64,000 nt of DNA from Candidatus Nezhaarchaeales archaeon (GTDB taxonomy: Archaea; Thermoproteota; Methanomethylicia; Nezhaarchaeales; WYZ-LMO8). The stretch is from positions 256,001 to 320,000 of the forward strand of contig JAWAKK010000001.1 of the NCBI GenBank assembly GCA_038887515.1, read 5' to 3'. A program made the translations under genes and the position numbers. The notes under the pieces were generated by a model. The model was not told the origin of the DNA and did not search any database. It saw nothing but the letters and a program-made list of their open reading frames with translations. Below, in pieces: positions 31,025 to 40,646 of this stretch; the stretch's first letter is position 1, and every line of letters begins with the position of its first letter.

Positions 31025-32695
31025 TATTATTGAGAATATTGTGGCAAGTATTCCTACAATTATAAGGGCTGTGACTGCATAGCTTTGATCGGGCCCCACA
31101 ATCCTACTTATCAGGAAGAACACGTACTGGCTTGAAGTTACAGTTGCAACTAAGACAACTAATGATAGTAAGCCTATGAACAGTAAGCTCCTCATGAACC
31201 TCCTAACTATCGGGTTCAAGTTTCTTTGTTCGCATAAAAACTTGTAACAAAGTTCGTCGGCGTGTATGTATACCCTATATGCTATGACTACGATGGAGGC
31301 TACAGCTATGGCCATGACCATCATCGATGACGCAAAGCTATAAGGAGGCTCTAAGAAGCTATCGATAACGTAAAGCATCGATGAAGCGATGAACGCTATA
31401 AGGACCATTAAAGCTCCTTCCTTCATGACTTTCATGAAAGTTTCATGAAGAACTCTACTCACTCTCTTTTCAAATATTTTGTTCAGATATTTAGACGCGT
31501 TATCAATAGGAAGTCTAACCGGGATGGGCATTAAACGGGAAAGGATCGTCACACCTCTATCAGGGTTCCTAGTAAGGGTTGATGATATGATCATTGCAAG
31601 TATTGTCGAAACTGCTGAGATCATTATCATTGGTTGCGATGTTAAACCGAGCCTAGTTGCCTCATAAGCTACTATTAAACCAAACTCGCTTATGGTTATG
31701 GCGAAAAACGTCATTCTGGCCACGTCTTCAAAGCCATAACCGCTGACAAGCCACGTCGAAACCGAGAAGGCTACGAACTTAGTTATTACAACTGGAAGGC
31801 TTAAAGCGAGTGCTATTGAGAGCTGCGGCGTCGGTATCGACGCTATGTTAGCATTGAGTCCCATGGCTACAAAGAAGATCACGAGAAACAGTTCTTTAAG
31901 AGGTCTTATGCGTTCCGATATTTCGTTAGCTTGAGGGTGAGCCGATAACGCTAATCCAGCCGCGAACGCGCCTAGAGCCGGCGACAATCCAGCTCTCCTG
32001 GATATAAGTGCATATGCGAAGCTAAGACATACGGATAGAGTTAAGCCAAACTCATCTGGTCCTATTATCTTCGCGAAAATGCGTTTTACTATGGTGACTC
32101 CTGCCAGTATGAGCAATGCGGCAATAATTGTTGAAAAGATTATCGACTCGATTGCTTTGAAAAAGTCTACGTGGCCGTGAGCAACCTGTGGCAAAAGAGC
32201 CAATGCTATTATTTGAATTATATCTTCCACCGTAGAAACGGTTAATATGAGCTTTCCCATATCACCTCTAAATCCGCGTTCCTCCATTAATCTATAGGTA
32301 ACGGCTGTACTAGTAGATAATGATATGAGGGCTAGTATTGCTATATCGTTCCAGCTAAACCTTAAAACTAAGCCGAGTACGGTAGCGACCGTAAACGAAA
32401 CTACGACCTCTCCTAAACCTATTAATGCCGGAACTACGCCAATTTTCTTGATGTTTTCAAAGCCTACTTCTCTACCTACTTCAAATGCTAGAAGAGCTAT
32501 TGCTACGTCGGAGAATATCGTAAGTAGCGGAACTTCTTCCTCAACGATCGTAGGCATTATGTAACTTAAAGCGACGCCGGCTGCAATATACCCTACCACG
32601 TAAGAGAACCCTAAGCGCTTAGACGTCCAAGCAAGAATAGCAGCTAGCGTAAGAAGTAGCGTTAGTATCAGGTAGCTATCTGCAATATCCATCAA
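30974..32695 (-). CDS. Cation:proton antiporter (CPA2/KefB family)
   Basis: STSTAV, VEDI, LGAFAAG and ISEFG motifs; many TM segments. Confidence 0.88.
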   Translation of the reverse strand: MMDIADSYLILTLLLTLAAILAWTSKRLGFSYVVGYIAAGVALSYIMPTIVEEEVPLLTIFSDVAIALLAFEVGREVGFENIKKIGVVPALIGLGEVVVSFTVATVLGLVLRFSWNDIAILALISLSTSTAVTYRLMEERGFRGDMGKLILTVSTVEDIIQIIALALLPQVAHGHVDFFKAIESIIFSTIIAALLILAGVTIVKRIFAKIIGPDEFGLTLSVCLSFAYALISRRAGLSPALGAFAAGLALSAHPQANEISERIRPLKELFLVIFFVAMGLNANIASIPTPQLSIALALSLPVVITKFVAFSVSTWLVSGYGFEDVARMTFFAITISEFGLIVAYEATRLGLTSQPMIMISAVSTILAMIISSTLTRNPDRGVTILSRLMPIPVRLPIDNASKYLNKIFEKRVSRVLHETFMKVMKEGALMVLIAFIASSMLYVIDSFLEPPYSFASSMMVMAIAVASIVVIAYRVYIHADELCYKFLCEQRNLNPIVRRFMRSLLFIGLLSLVVLVATVTSSQYVFFLISRIVGPDQSYAVTALIIVGILATIFSIILIKLRNFVSSFRGDRT

Positions 32696-32997
32696 TCAGC
32701 CCTCGCAATTTAATATTGGCCCCCAAATCTATGGACTTATCCTTCTCTCTAACTCTCTAAAGTTATAAAGGCTGAACATAAAGTGCACGGCTTAAATAAG
32801 TATGTAAAAAGAAGGTCGACAAGCTTTTAAATAATAACGGAGAACCATCCATTGACATCCCTAAAGGTCCCCTTTTCACTTCCTCGGCGCGTACATGAAA
32901 TCCAGCCTAAGACCTTCTTCTTCATATACTTAGCGATGAATAGCGCTAAATATAATATGCTCGAAGATGCATGACTCTATACGGAGGTTAGTGGCTA

Positions 32998-33201
32998 ATG
33001 CCCGTAGTACACGTATATGTATGGTCCAGCTTTTCTGAAGATGCTAAGAAGAGAGTTATAGTGGGAATAACGGATGTTTTCTCGGAGATGGGTATTCCAA
33101 GAGAAGCTGTTGAAATTTTAATTCATGAAACCCCCAAAGAAAATTGGGGTATAGGCGGAGAGCAAGCTAGCAAGAAATTTAAGCACATAAAGCCTCCTTG
33201 A
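32998..33201 (+). CDS. 4-oxalocrotonate tautomerase family protein
   Basis: N-terminal Pro (MPVVHV) and ENWGIGG motif. Confidence 0.88.
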   Translation: MPVVHVYVWSSFSEDAKKRVIVGITDVFSEMGIPREAVEILIHETPKENWGIGGEQASKKFKHIKPP

Positions 33202-33274
33202 AAACGTAAGACATCAACGATGCAATCTTTTTATATAATTCAAAGTGCTTAAGATTTAAGCTTAAATGTTGAGG

Positions 33275-33541
33275 TCAAGACAATGAAGCCAATTCTTTAT
33301 CTATTGCTCTCTTAAGCTCATCTTTACTCGGAACCCTACCTGAGAACACTAGTTTTTCATTTATAACGATAGACGGTGTAATGAATACTCCGTACTTGTC
33401 GGCTTCCTCTGAAAGAACTGGTAGTTTGACGACTTTAACTTTACCGCTAAATTCTTCGGCGACTTCTTTAGCAATCTTCTCGGCTATCCTACACTTAGCA
33501 CATGGGGGTTCAGTACCAAAGATCTTAACTACTACAACCAT
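33275..33541 (-). CDS. Small thioredoxin-like protein (MTH895 type)
   Basis: EPPCAKC, YGVFITPSIVIN and GRVPS motifs. Confidence 0.85.
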   Translation of the reverse strand: MVVVVKIFGTEPPCAKCRIAEKIAKEVAEEFSGKVKVVKLPVLSEEADKYGVFITPSIVINEKLVFSGRVPSKDELKRAIDKELASLS

Positions 33542-33564
33542 AATTTATCATCTCATAGCTTAGC

Positions 33565-33580
33565 ATCACGATATGTCGAT
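33565..33580 (-). promoter_or_regulatory. Putative ArsR operator 1 (ATCGACATATCGTGAT on the minus strand)
   Basis: 14/16 identical to the site at 34080; lies between the TATA-like region and the trx start. Confidence 0.65.
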
Positions 33581-33644
33581 CAGTAAATTAATATAAAGTT
33601 TCTCTTTTAGATTTTATCGAAGAGAAAATAGACATATTTAAGTA

Positions 33645-34007
33645 TTGACTATTAAATCTATGTGTATGTATATGAGCGAAGAGCTATTGTTCGAACGTAA
33701 GATCAAGATACTCAAGGCTTTAGCCGACCCTACAAGGTTACAAATTCTGAGCTTTCTCAAAGACGGAGAAAGATGTGTATGCGAAATCATTCCAGCTATA
33801 GGAAAGGCTCAATCAACTATATCTAAGCACCTAGATATACTATATGAAGCTGGCATACTTGATAGAAGGACTGATGGAAGGAAGACACTTTATCGTGTTA
33901 AGAATTATAAAGTGTTTGACATTATTAAGGACGTGGAATCCATGGTAGTCGAGGATGTTACAACACTTATTCAGGCCCTAGGATCCTTAAAGGAGCCCAA
34001 GAAGTAG
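33645..34007 (+). CDS. arsR: ArsR/SmtB family transcriptional regulator
   Basis: LKALADPTRLQIL, ERCVCEI and QSTISKHL motifs; real start is probably ATG 33672. Confidence 0.92.
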   Translation: MTIKSMCMYMSEELLFERKIKILKALADPTRLQILSFLKDGERCVCEIIPAIGKAQSTISKHLDILYEAGILDRRTDGRKTLYRVKNYKVFDIIKDVESMVVEDVTTLIQALGSLKEPKK

Positions 34008-34079
34008 CGACTTCTACGATTGAATAGTCGACGAATTATCTATTCAGCAACGGTACTAACTTGATCTATATAACGTATT

Positions 34080-34095
34080 ATCGACATATAGCGAT
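34080..34095 (+). promoter_or_regulatory. Putative ArsR operator 2 (ATCGACATATAGCGAT)
   Basis: 5-6-5 imperfect palindrome just upstream of a TATA-like TTTATAT before the permease gene. Confidence 0.65.
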
Positions 34096-34138
34096 ATATT
34101 TATATCTTGGAGAATGCCCTACTTACGGCTGAAGAATA

Positions 34139-35239
34139 ATGGATTTAAGTCAGCTATCTAAGCTATTAGAGGCTGGCTTCTATGCTTTAGTTGACTACAT
34201 AGCCTACCACGTGATTACTTGCCTTATTCCTGCGTTCCTACTAGCAGGGGCTGTGAACACATTCATATCACGTGATGCCATCATCAAGTACCTAGGATTA
34301 GAGAGTCGAAAGATCATATCGTTTCCGCTAGCGGCAATTTCAAGCTTCGGACTAGCAGTGTGTTCGTGTACTGTGATCCCGATAGCTGCCGGGCTCTATA
34401 GGCGTGGAAGTAGCATAGGACCTGCCTTCATATTTCTATGGTTGGCGCCTGCTGCCAACATCCTAGCCTTAACTTACACCGGGGCAATACTTGGAGTAGA
34501 TATAGCGTTAATGAGGGTTACTGCAGCCTTCATAGTCGGCCTTGCTATCGGCCTTGCTATGTCGGTCATATTTAGAAAAGAAGAACTCTTAAGATTAAGT
34601 AAAACAGGGGGTCAAAACGTCGCCGAGAAGACTGTCGCAATTGTCAAGGATAAAAGGGATGTCGTACTAATCGTCTTGCTAATATCTACATTACTGTTAC
34701 CAAATTACCTGGGCACACTGTTAAACGGGGACAAGCTCCTAGTATATGGCTATAAGCTCCTGATTTTTGCGGTATCGTTCGTAGTAACAATGAGCTATGC
34801 ACTTAAGTTTATTGAGAGAGAAAGAGTGGGGGCATGGTTACATGAAACTTTATGGTTTGTAAGGATGATTTTCCCGTTACTCTTAATAGGGGCCTTCATA
34901 ATAGGTGTTGTAAGTAAGCTGTTACCAGAGTGGTGGATTAGGGAATGGCTTGGAGGGAATGGGTTGCTACAGACCTTTATTGCTTGCTTTATAGGGGCTT
35001 TAAGCTATTTCGCTACGCTGACAGAGGCACCTTTCGTAGCTACATTGATGAACTTAGGTATGGGCAAGAGTCCAGCGCTCGCACTTCTCTTAACTGGGCC
35101 TGGCATGAGTCTACCTAACATGTTGGCAATTAGTAGGGTTTTCACGTTAAAGAAAGCTGTGGTATGCATCTTACTAACAATCGTTATTGCCACTTTAACG
35201 TCATACGTTATCGGCAATACGTTGTGGATTACCAGCTAG
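34139..35239 (+). CDS. arsP: ArsP/DUF318 family permease
   Basis: HVITCLIPAF, LAVCSCTVIP, YFATLTE and ALALLLTGP motifs. Confidence 0.88.
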   Translation: MDLSQLSKLLEAGFYALVDYIAYHVITCLIPAFLLAGAVNTFISRDAIIKYLGLESRKIISFPLAAISSFGLAVCSCTVIPIAAGLYRRGSSIGPAFIFLWLAPAANILALTYTGAILGVDIALMRVTAAFIVGLAIGLAMSVIFRKEELLRLSKTGGQNVAEKTVAIVKDKRDVVLIVLLISTLLLPNYLGTLLNGDKLLVYGYKLLIFAVSFVVTMSYALKFIERERVGAWLHETLWFVRMIFPLLLIGAFIIGVVSKLLPEWWIREWLGGNGLLQTFIACFIGALSYFATLTEAPFVATLMNLGMGKSPALALLLTGPGMSLPNMLAISRVFTLKKAVVCILLTIVIATLTSYVIGNTLWITS

Positions 35240-35311
35240 GAGGTCTATATAGCTTAGGCAATCTTTTTAAGCTAATGTTAATATAAAAACCTTAAATAGT
35301 TAGATTGAAAA

Positions 35312-35327
35312 ATCGTAATATAGCAAT
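35312..35327 (+). promoter_or_regulatory. Putative ArsR operator 3 (ATCGTAATATAGCAAT)
   Basis: 13/16 identical to the site at 34080; downstream of TATA-like CTTAAATA (35291-98). Confidence 0.55.
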
Positions 35328-35332
35328 ATAAG

Positions 35333-35602
35333 GTGGCAAAGATGAAGGTTAAAGTAGAATTCTTCACGGCTGAACCTCCATGTGCTGGCTGTGTAAAGTT
35401 ACTCGAACATGCCGATATAATCAAAGAGAGGTATGGTGACAAAGTCGAAGTTATAAAGCATGTAGGTCCCTGCGAAGAATTTAATAAGTACGGTTTAACG
35501 GTCGTTCCGGCGGTCGTCTTTAATGAAGGGAAAATAAAGATAATGGGTGTTTGTCCAAGCTTAAAAACTATGGAAGCGGCCTTAAGGGAATTAGGAGTGT
35601 GA
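35333..35602 (+). CDS. Thioredoxin-like protein (CxxC plus C-terminal GVCPS)
   Basis: EPPCAGC, YGLTVVPAVV and GVCPS motifs. Confidence 0.82.
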   Translation: MAKMKVKVEFFTAEPPCAGCVKLLEHADIIKERYGDKVEVIKHVGPCEEFNKYGLTVVPAVVFNEGKIKIMGVCPSLKTMEAALRELGV

Positions 35603-35606
35603 GAAA

Positions 35607-35870
35607 TTGAAGGTTAAAATTGAGGTCTTCGTTTCAGAACCTCCATGCTCTGGTGGAAGATTACTCTTGAGATTAATAGATAAAATAAAAGAGGAATATA
35701 AGGATAAAATTGATATCGAGATTTACCGCGGTTTAAACCCAAAGCTCGATGAGTACGGTATAAATAGTAGCCCAGCAGTAGTGATAGACGGAGACATCCG
35801 CATAATAGGTGTTTGTCCAAGCGAAGAAACCCTAAGAGAGGCATTAAGAGAAGCGGGTGTAATGCCTTGA
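35607..35870 (+). CDS. Thioredoxin-like protein lacking the resolving Cys (CxxG plus GVCPS)
   Basis: EPPCSGG, YGINSSPAVVID and GVCPS motifs. Confidence 0.8.
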   Translation: MKVKIEVFVSEPPCSGGRLLLRLIDKIKEEYKDKIDIEIYRGLNPKLDEYGINSSPAVVIDGDIRIIGVCPSEETLREALREAGVMP

Positions 35871-35934
35871 TTTTCTGCGAAATCCCCAAAAGGTGATGTT
35901 ATCTATACATAGTGCTACCACGAATGGCTGTTAA

Positions 35935-36651
35935 TTAGTGTAGAAATGGCAGAAGAATGATGCCAAGAATTAAGAGTATGAAGGGTAAGTATAGATGTAC
36001 ATCTTTACTTTTGTATAGAGTAAACTTGGCGTCGGCTGGTACACCGTAAAGTACGTATGTTTCTAGGAGACTTCGTGAAGTTAGGAAAGAAAGGAGCGTT
36101 AAGGGTACTACTATTTTATAGGGTTTCTTCCCCTTGTACTTCAACTTTAAGGCTGTAGCTGCCTCTGAAAGGTAATGGATTATTGTAGGTATCTGAAATA
36201 AAACCATCGAGAGAGCCACAGCTTGTCTCTTCATTCCTAGCGCATTCATAATACTCCTCCATTCTCGTAGTGATATAAGCTGAAATATTAGTGAAAAGCC
36301 TAGGAAGAAGGCAACTAGTCTAAGCGCCCCCGGTAACAATGTTTGTAGATCAGGGGCTAACCATCCAGCTAAGTGGCTTATGAGTAGTACTACTACACCG
36401 ATGACAGTAAATAAGAGTACGAGCTTCAACCCAGCTAAAATTCCACGCATCCCTCTTACCTTGGATGCCAAGTAAAGTTCAAACAAGATTATTAGAGATA
36501 ACCTAGCACCTTCATATATCACATCTTGTGAAAGCCACCGCGTAATGAGTAGCAATATTACCGTAGAGAAAGCTAATAGAGCCCTTGACAATGTGCTATA
36601 ATCTTCCATTTTATTGGAGTAAAGGAGCATGTAGGATAGGTCTCTAATCAT
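35935..36651 (-). CDS. ECF transporter transmembrane (T) component-like
   Basis: Multi-TM, last gene of an S-A-T operon; likely start ATG 36651 overlaps the ATPase stop. Confidence 0.65.
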   Translation of the reverse strand: MIRDLSYMLLYSNKMEDYSTLSRALLAFSTVILLLITRWLSQDVIYEGARLSLIILFELYLASKVRGMRGILAGLKLVLLFTVIGVVVLLISHLAGWLAPDLQTLLPGALRLVAFFLGFSLIFQLISLREWRSIMNALGMKRQAVALSMVLFQIPTIIHYLSEAATALKLKYKGKKPYKIVVPLTLLSFLTSRSLLETYVLYGVPADAKFTLYKSKDVHLYLPFILLILGIILLPFLH

Positions 36652-38074
36652 CCTTTTCACCAATAATTTCCTCATATAATTTAGAGGCATATAGAAGGGA
36701 GGTCCTCTGAGCTAGGTTTAGTTCGATTAACTTGCCAGCACTGATCCCGTACACCTTATTCCAATAACGAGACTCGACAATGTCGAGGTTGCTAGTCGCT
36801 ACTATTGTTGTAACGTCATTTTTAGCGAGATGCTCCAACACTTTAAGTCTATCTTTATACGTCAGTCCCGAGAAAGGCTCATCTAAGAGCAGGATTTTGG
36901 CATTAGATATACGGGCGAGTTCTAAAGCCAACTTTACCATTTGACCGTGGCTTAAGTTAAATGGGGACTGTTTAAGGTCTATGTTTAGGCTCTTTATGTA
37001 ATCTAAACATGTATTGATGTAAGTTTGCTCCATTTTTCTGGCCTTACATATTTCCGTTACTTCATTTTCGACCGTGCTTTCCGTATAGAAGAGATTTATG
37101 TTCTGAGGTACGTATAGTACATCTGCTTTTCGCGTCACCTTGCCTTTCGAAGGCTTTAGGTAGCCGGACAGGATCTTTAGGAGAGTAGTCTTACCTTGAC
37201 CGTTAAGCCCGTAGATTAATGTCATCTCGTCTCTACGTACCTTTAGATTTATATCTTTTAACACGTAGTCGCCTCTACCGTACCTAAAAGATACCTCTGT
37301 AGCTTCGAGCAGGACATCGCCATTAACGCGCGTACAAGGTCTTAAGTTGCCGTACAGTTGTCGCCTCTCTCCATAAACTATCGAGAGAGCCTTACTGGTC
37401 ACGTCAGTTAGTAGACCACCTTTAAGTGTGTAAATTTTGTTAACACATTTTATGAGAGGCATGAATCTATGTTCAAATATGATTACGGACTTTTCAAGAC
37501 CCTCTAAGATTTTGAGGAGCTTAATGAAGTCATCTACGCCTACGTCATCAAGCCACATCAGGGGCTCGTCGAATATGAAGATTAAGGGATCAGATATCAA
37601 TGCTTTTGCTACCAAGACTCTTTTCGCTTGTCCACCTGAAAGTTCAAAGAAGTACTTATTCATCAAATCCTTTACCTTAGTAGTTTCTACAACCTTATCA
37701 AGTACTTTAGTAGCTTTCTCTACGCTCTTGTACATTCTTAAGGCATAGCCGTAAAGGTCATCGAAGACTAGAGGCTCTGTAAAATAGAGATAAGGATTTT
37801 GACCTATTAACATTATTCGATTGGAAGGAACTTCGACGTAATCTTTTCCTAACTCTCGTCCCTCTATTACTATACTTCCGTGTACATCTCCCTCATAAAC
37901 AAGCTTAGCAGAGCCTGTGAGAACTCTAGCAAGCGTTGTCTTGCCTGAGCCAGTTTCACCTATAATTAGTACTCTTTCGCCCTCATTAAGGCATATATTT
38001 ATACCCTTCAGCACCCAATCCTTATGATCATACCTAAACCATAAGTCTCTGACTTCAAGTACCCGTCTTTTCAT
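36644..38074 (-). CDS. ECF-type ABC ATPase with two NBDs
   Basis: GETGSGKT and GLNGQGKT Walker A; LSGGQ and LSHGQ signatures; two DEP motifs. Confidence 0.9.
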   Translation of the reverse strand: MKRRVLEVRDLWFRYDHKDWVLKGINICLNEGERVLIIGETGSGKTTLARVLTGSAKLVYEGDVHGSIVIEGRELGKDYVEVPSNRIMLIGQNPYLYFTEPLVFDDLYGYALRMYKSVEKATKVLDKVVETTKVKDLMNKYFFELSGGQAKRVLVAKALISDPLIFIFDEPLMWLDDVGVDDFIKLLKILEGLEKSVIIFEHRFMPLIKCVNKIYTLKGGLLTDVTSKALSIVYGERRQLYGNLRPCTRVNGDVLLEATEVSFRYGRGDYVLKDINLKVRRDEMTLIYGLNGQGKTTLLKILSGYLKPSKGKVTRKADVLYVPQNINLFYTESTVENEVTEICKARKMEQTYINTCLDYIKSLNIDLKQSPFNLSHGQMVKLALELARISNAKILLLDEPFSGLTYKDRLKVLEHLAKNDVTTIVATSNLDIVESRYWNKVYGISAGKLIELNLAQRTSLLYASKLYEEIIGEKDD

Positions 38075-38652
38075 CTAAGGTACCCTGACCGTTTTAAGAC
38101 AGTATACGCAGTCATCGAAATCGATGCCACTATAAGCGCCAACGTTAAGTTAAATATAGCTACGTGCGGTAGGTACCCCAGCGTTATCATGCGTGCCTCT
38201 TCGAGGGCCTTAATCCAGCCAGCCCATAATAACCAGTACGGTGTGACTATGTAGTTCGATGCAGACATGACGCCGATTCTAGCTAAAGAAGCTATCAATG
38301 CGGCCGCTACGCTAGTCTTCCTTGTAAGCGAACACTTCGACCTTCTGCACATCAATGCTAATGGCGTGAAAGTAGAAGCTTCTGCCAAACACTTCATAGC
38401 CATACCTATAGGATCAGAGCCCATCGCTACCGGGACTACATAGTATAGGGGTAGGGAACTAAATGCATATCTAAGTGACATGAGTGATATTAACACAAGC
38501 GGTACTCCAGAGACATCATATTTTAAAAAAGGTGCCGGCGGGTATGGTATCTCAAAAAACCTAAGCACTATGGCTAGTGCTAATAAGCCAGCTACTTGTG
38601 CAATAACCTTTAGGTCGATAAGGGCAGTGGGCTTAGCCGCCATCAATATCAC
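38071..38652 (-). CDS. ECF transporter S component (RibU-like)
   Basis: PFLKYDVSGVP motif, FNL near the C-terminus, 5-6 TM segments. Confidence 0.75.
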   Translation of the reverse strand: MILMAAKPTALIDLKVIAQVAGLLALAIVLRFFEIPYPPAPFLKYDVSGVPLVLISLMSLRYAFSSLPLYYVVPVAMGSDPIGMAMKCLAEASTFTPLALMCRRSKCSLTRKTSVAAALIASLARIGVMSASNYIVTPYWLLWAGWIKALEEARMITLGYLPHVAIFNLTLALIVASISMTAYTVLKRSGYLR

Positions 38653-38989
38653 TCACCAAGGGGTAAATCTCTTTTCTAATACTTATTTAAGAGTTTCTAC
38701 CCAAAAAAGAGTAAAAACTTCGCCAACAGTTTAGACGTCTACGTACTTACATTAATGCTCTTGGAATCATAGGAATTCCGATAAATAGAGACCCTGTAGC
38801 TAATTTTGTAGGAAAGTTCTATTAATAAGCTTAGGGCCGAGCAAGCCGGCAACGCCTAGCCTTGAAAAGGCTATGGCTTATTAGGTCTGTCTCGAAATTC
38901 AATGCGTAAAATCCAGATAGATTATTTACGTGGTAGCCGAGCCTTAAGTACGCCTTAAATATTCTCGCCATCTATGATTTAGTTCAGAA

Positions 38990-39877
38990 ATGAGTGTCGT
39001 AATACCTTTCGATCCTTGGAAAGGGAAGCTCTGTACGTGCCCTCCAAAGTATAGCTTCTCACCATATACTGGGTGCAGTCATGGCTGTCTGTATTGCTAT
39101 GCTACTTCGTACATTAAGGTAACAAATTCTAGGCCTAAAGCCGATCTCGAGCGAAAGTTGATTAGAGATCTTGTTAGGATCATCAGAGAACTACCAATAT
39201 CAATAGCTAACAGCTCGGATCCTTATCCCCCAATAGAGTCAAAGCTGCACATTACAAGGAGATGTCTGGAGATGCTGTTGCCGCGGGGGCTGAAGGTCAT
39301 GATAATAACTAAGTCGAACATAATCGTTAGGGACATTGATCTGATATCGAAGGGTAACTGCGCAGTAAGCTTTACTGTAACGACTCTCGACGACAAATTA
39401 GCATCAATAATAGAACCCGGCGCACCTAGACCTAGTGATAGAATTAAGGCCATTAAGCGATTGAGCCAAGAAGGCGTACCATGCATAGCTAGGATAGATC
39501 CCATAATACCAGGGTTGAACGACGATTATACTAACCTAAGGAAGTTAGTTGAAGAACTCGTTAAGTCGGGCGTCAAGCATATTTCTTCGTCGACCTATAA
39601 GGCTAAGCCTGACAATTTGGCTAGGATGACTAGAGCCTTTCCCGAGAGAGCGAAGTATTGGTACTCTCTATACTATGAGGAAGGATTTAAGGTGGGGGCT
39701 TCAAGATACCTAAAAGACGATATGAGATTCAACTTAATGAAGACGATTAAGGAGATAGTCGATGAACATGGAATCTCCTTCTCGACATGCAGGGAGGGAT
39801 TTAAAAACCTGAATACAAGCACTACGTGCGATGGAACACACTTAATACCCTTAAGGATAAGGCTTGTAGGGCTTTAA
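38990..39877 (+). CDS. Radical SAM protein, SplB/spore photoproduct lyase-like family
   Basis: PYTGCSHGCLYCYA, SSDPYPPIE, ITKS and IEPGAP motifs. Confidence 0.85.
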   Translation: MSVVIPFDPWKGKLCTCPPKYSFSPYTGCSHGCLYCYATSYIKVTNSRPKADLERKLIRDLVRIIRELPISIANSSDPYPPIESKLHITRRCLEMLLPRGLKVMIITKSNIIVRDIDLISKGNCAVSFTVTTLDDKLASIIEPGAPRPSDRIKAIKRLSQEGVPCIARIDPIIPGLNDDYTNLRKLVEELVKSGVKHISSSTYKAKPDNLARMTRAFPERAKYWYSLYYEEGFKVGASRYLKDDMRFNLMKTIKEIVDEHGISFSTCREGFKNLNTSTTCDGTHLIPLRIRLVGL

Positions 39878-39958
39878 GAAATACTTGATCCTCTCGTCTG
39901 TCTAGAAGACTTATTGGTTGATAACCTACAAGAAAGTCTCTGGAGCTCCTTAGTCTCT

Positions 39959-40258
39959 CTATTCTTCTTGAATATCAACATCTTCTTCCTGCCCCCTATT
40001 TAACAAATCCATTAACTCTCTTCTTCTCTCTTCGTTAAGTTCCTTTTCTTCTTCTCTTAGCTTCCTCCTTAGTTCAGCCCTATCTTCAATCACGCCTATC
40101 TTGCTATGCTTAGTCTCTTCGATGACTCTCTTAGAGGAATAAGCAGCAGCTTCACCACTTAAAGGTTTAGAAAAACCGCATCGCTTGCAAACTAGATAAT
40201 TTTCTCCATCCTTCCTACAAGGTCTTAATAAACTTCCACACTTCTCACAGAAGTGCAA
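39959..40258 (-). CDS. TFS/RpoM paralog with N-terminal zinc ribbon only (TFS2-like)
   Basis: FCEKCGSLL...LVCKRCG; no C-terminal ribbon or DE loop; acidic helical tail. Confidence 0.75.
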   Translation of the reverse strand: MHFCEKCGSLLRPCRKDGENYLVCKRCGFSKPLSGEAAAYSSKRVIEETKHSKIGVIEDRAELRRKLREEEKELNEERRRELMDLLNRGQEEDVDIQEE

Positions 40259-40316
40259 GACTCAAAACCCCATATTAATTGGCGCACTTCCTAATACGTT
40301 TAACGGTCTGTCGTCG

Positions 40317-40370
40317 CTGATGATTAATACTCTCTACGGTGATGTAGGTGAAACCACGAGAGTCTATTGA
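40317..40370 (+). ncRNA. Weak C/D-box sRNA candidate
   Basis: CTGATGA...GTGA...AGGTGA...TTGA spanning 54 nt; all boxes degenerate. Confidence 0.3.
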
Positions 40371-40646
40371 AGCATTAAAAAGTGCTTACCAACACTTTCT
40401 TAACGGATATTAGAGCATATTTGTTTAAGTGATATGGGCTACAAAACAAGATGCTGAAAACTAGAACGTTGATAAAGGTAAGATAGCAGCACTCCTTTAT
40501 CTTTTTACATACTCAACCTAATCGAGAACACGAAGATAGTACGAAAATAATATTCGTTGGACTTTAGATTTTCAATATAAAACTTATAAGGTTGTTGATT
40601 TATCAATCCTATGCGTTAGCGAATCTATGCAGGGTTACAACGATGT

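Noticed and set aside
38653-38989. FMN or other riboswitch upstream of the ECF S component
   Set aside because: No recognisable aptamer, and a TATA-like box lies about 30 nt from the start, leaving no leader.
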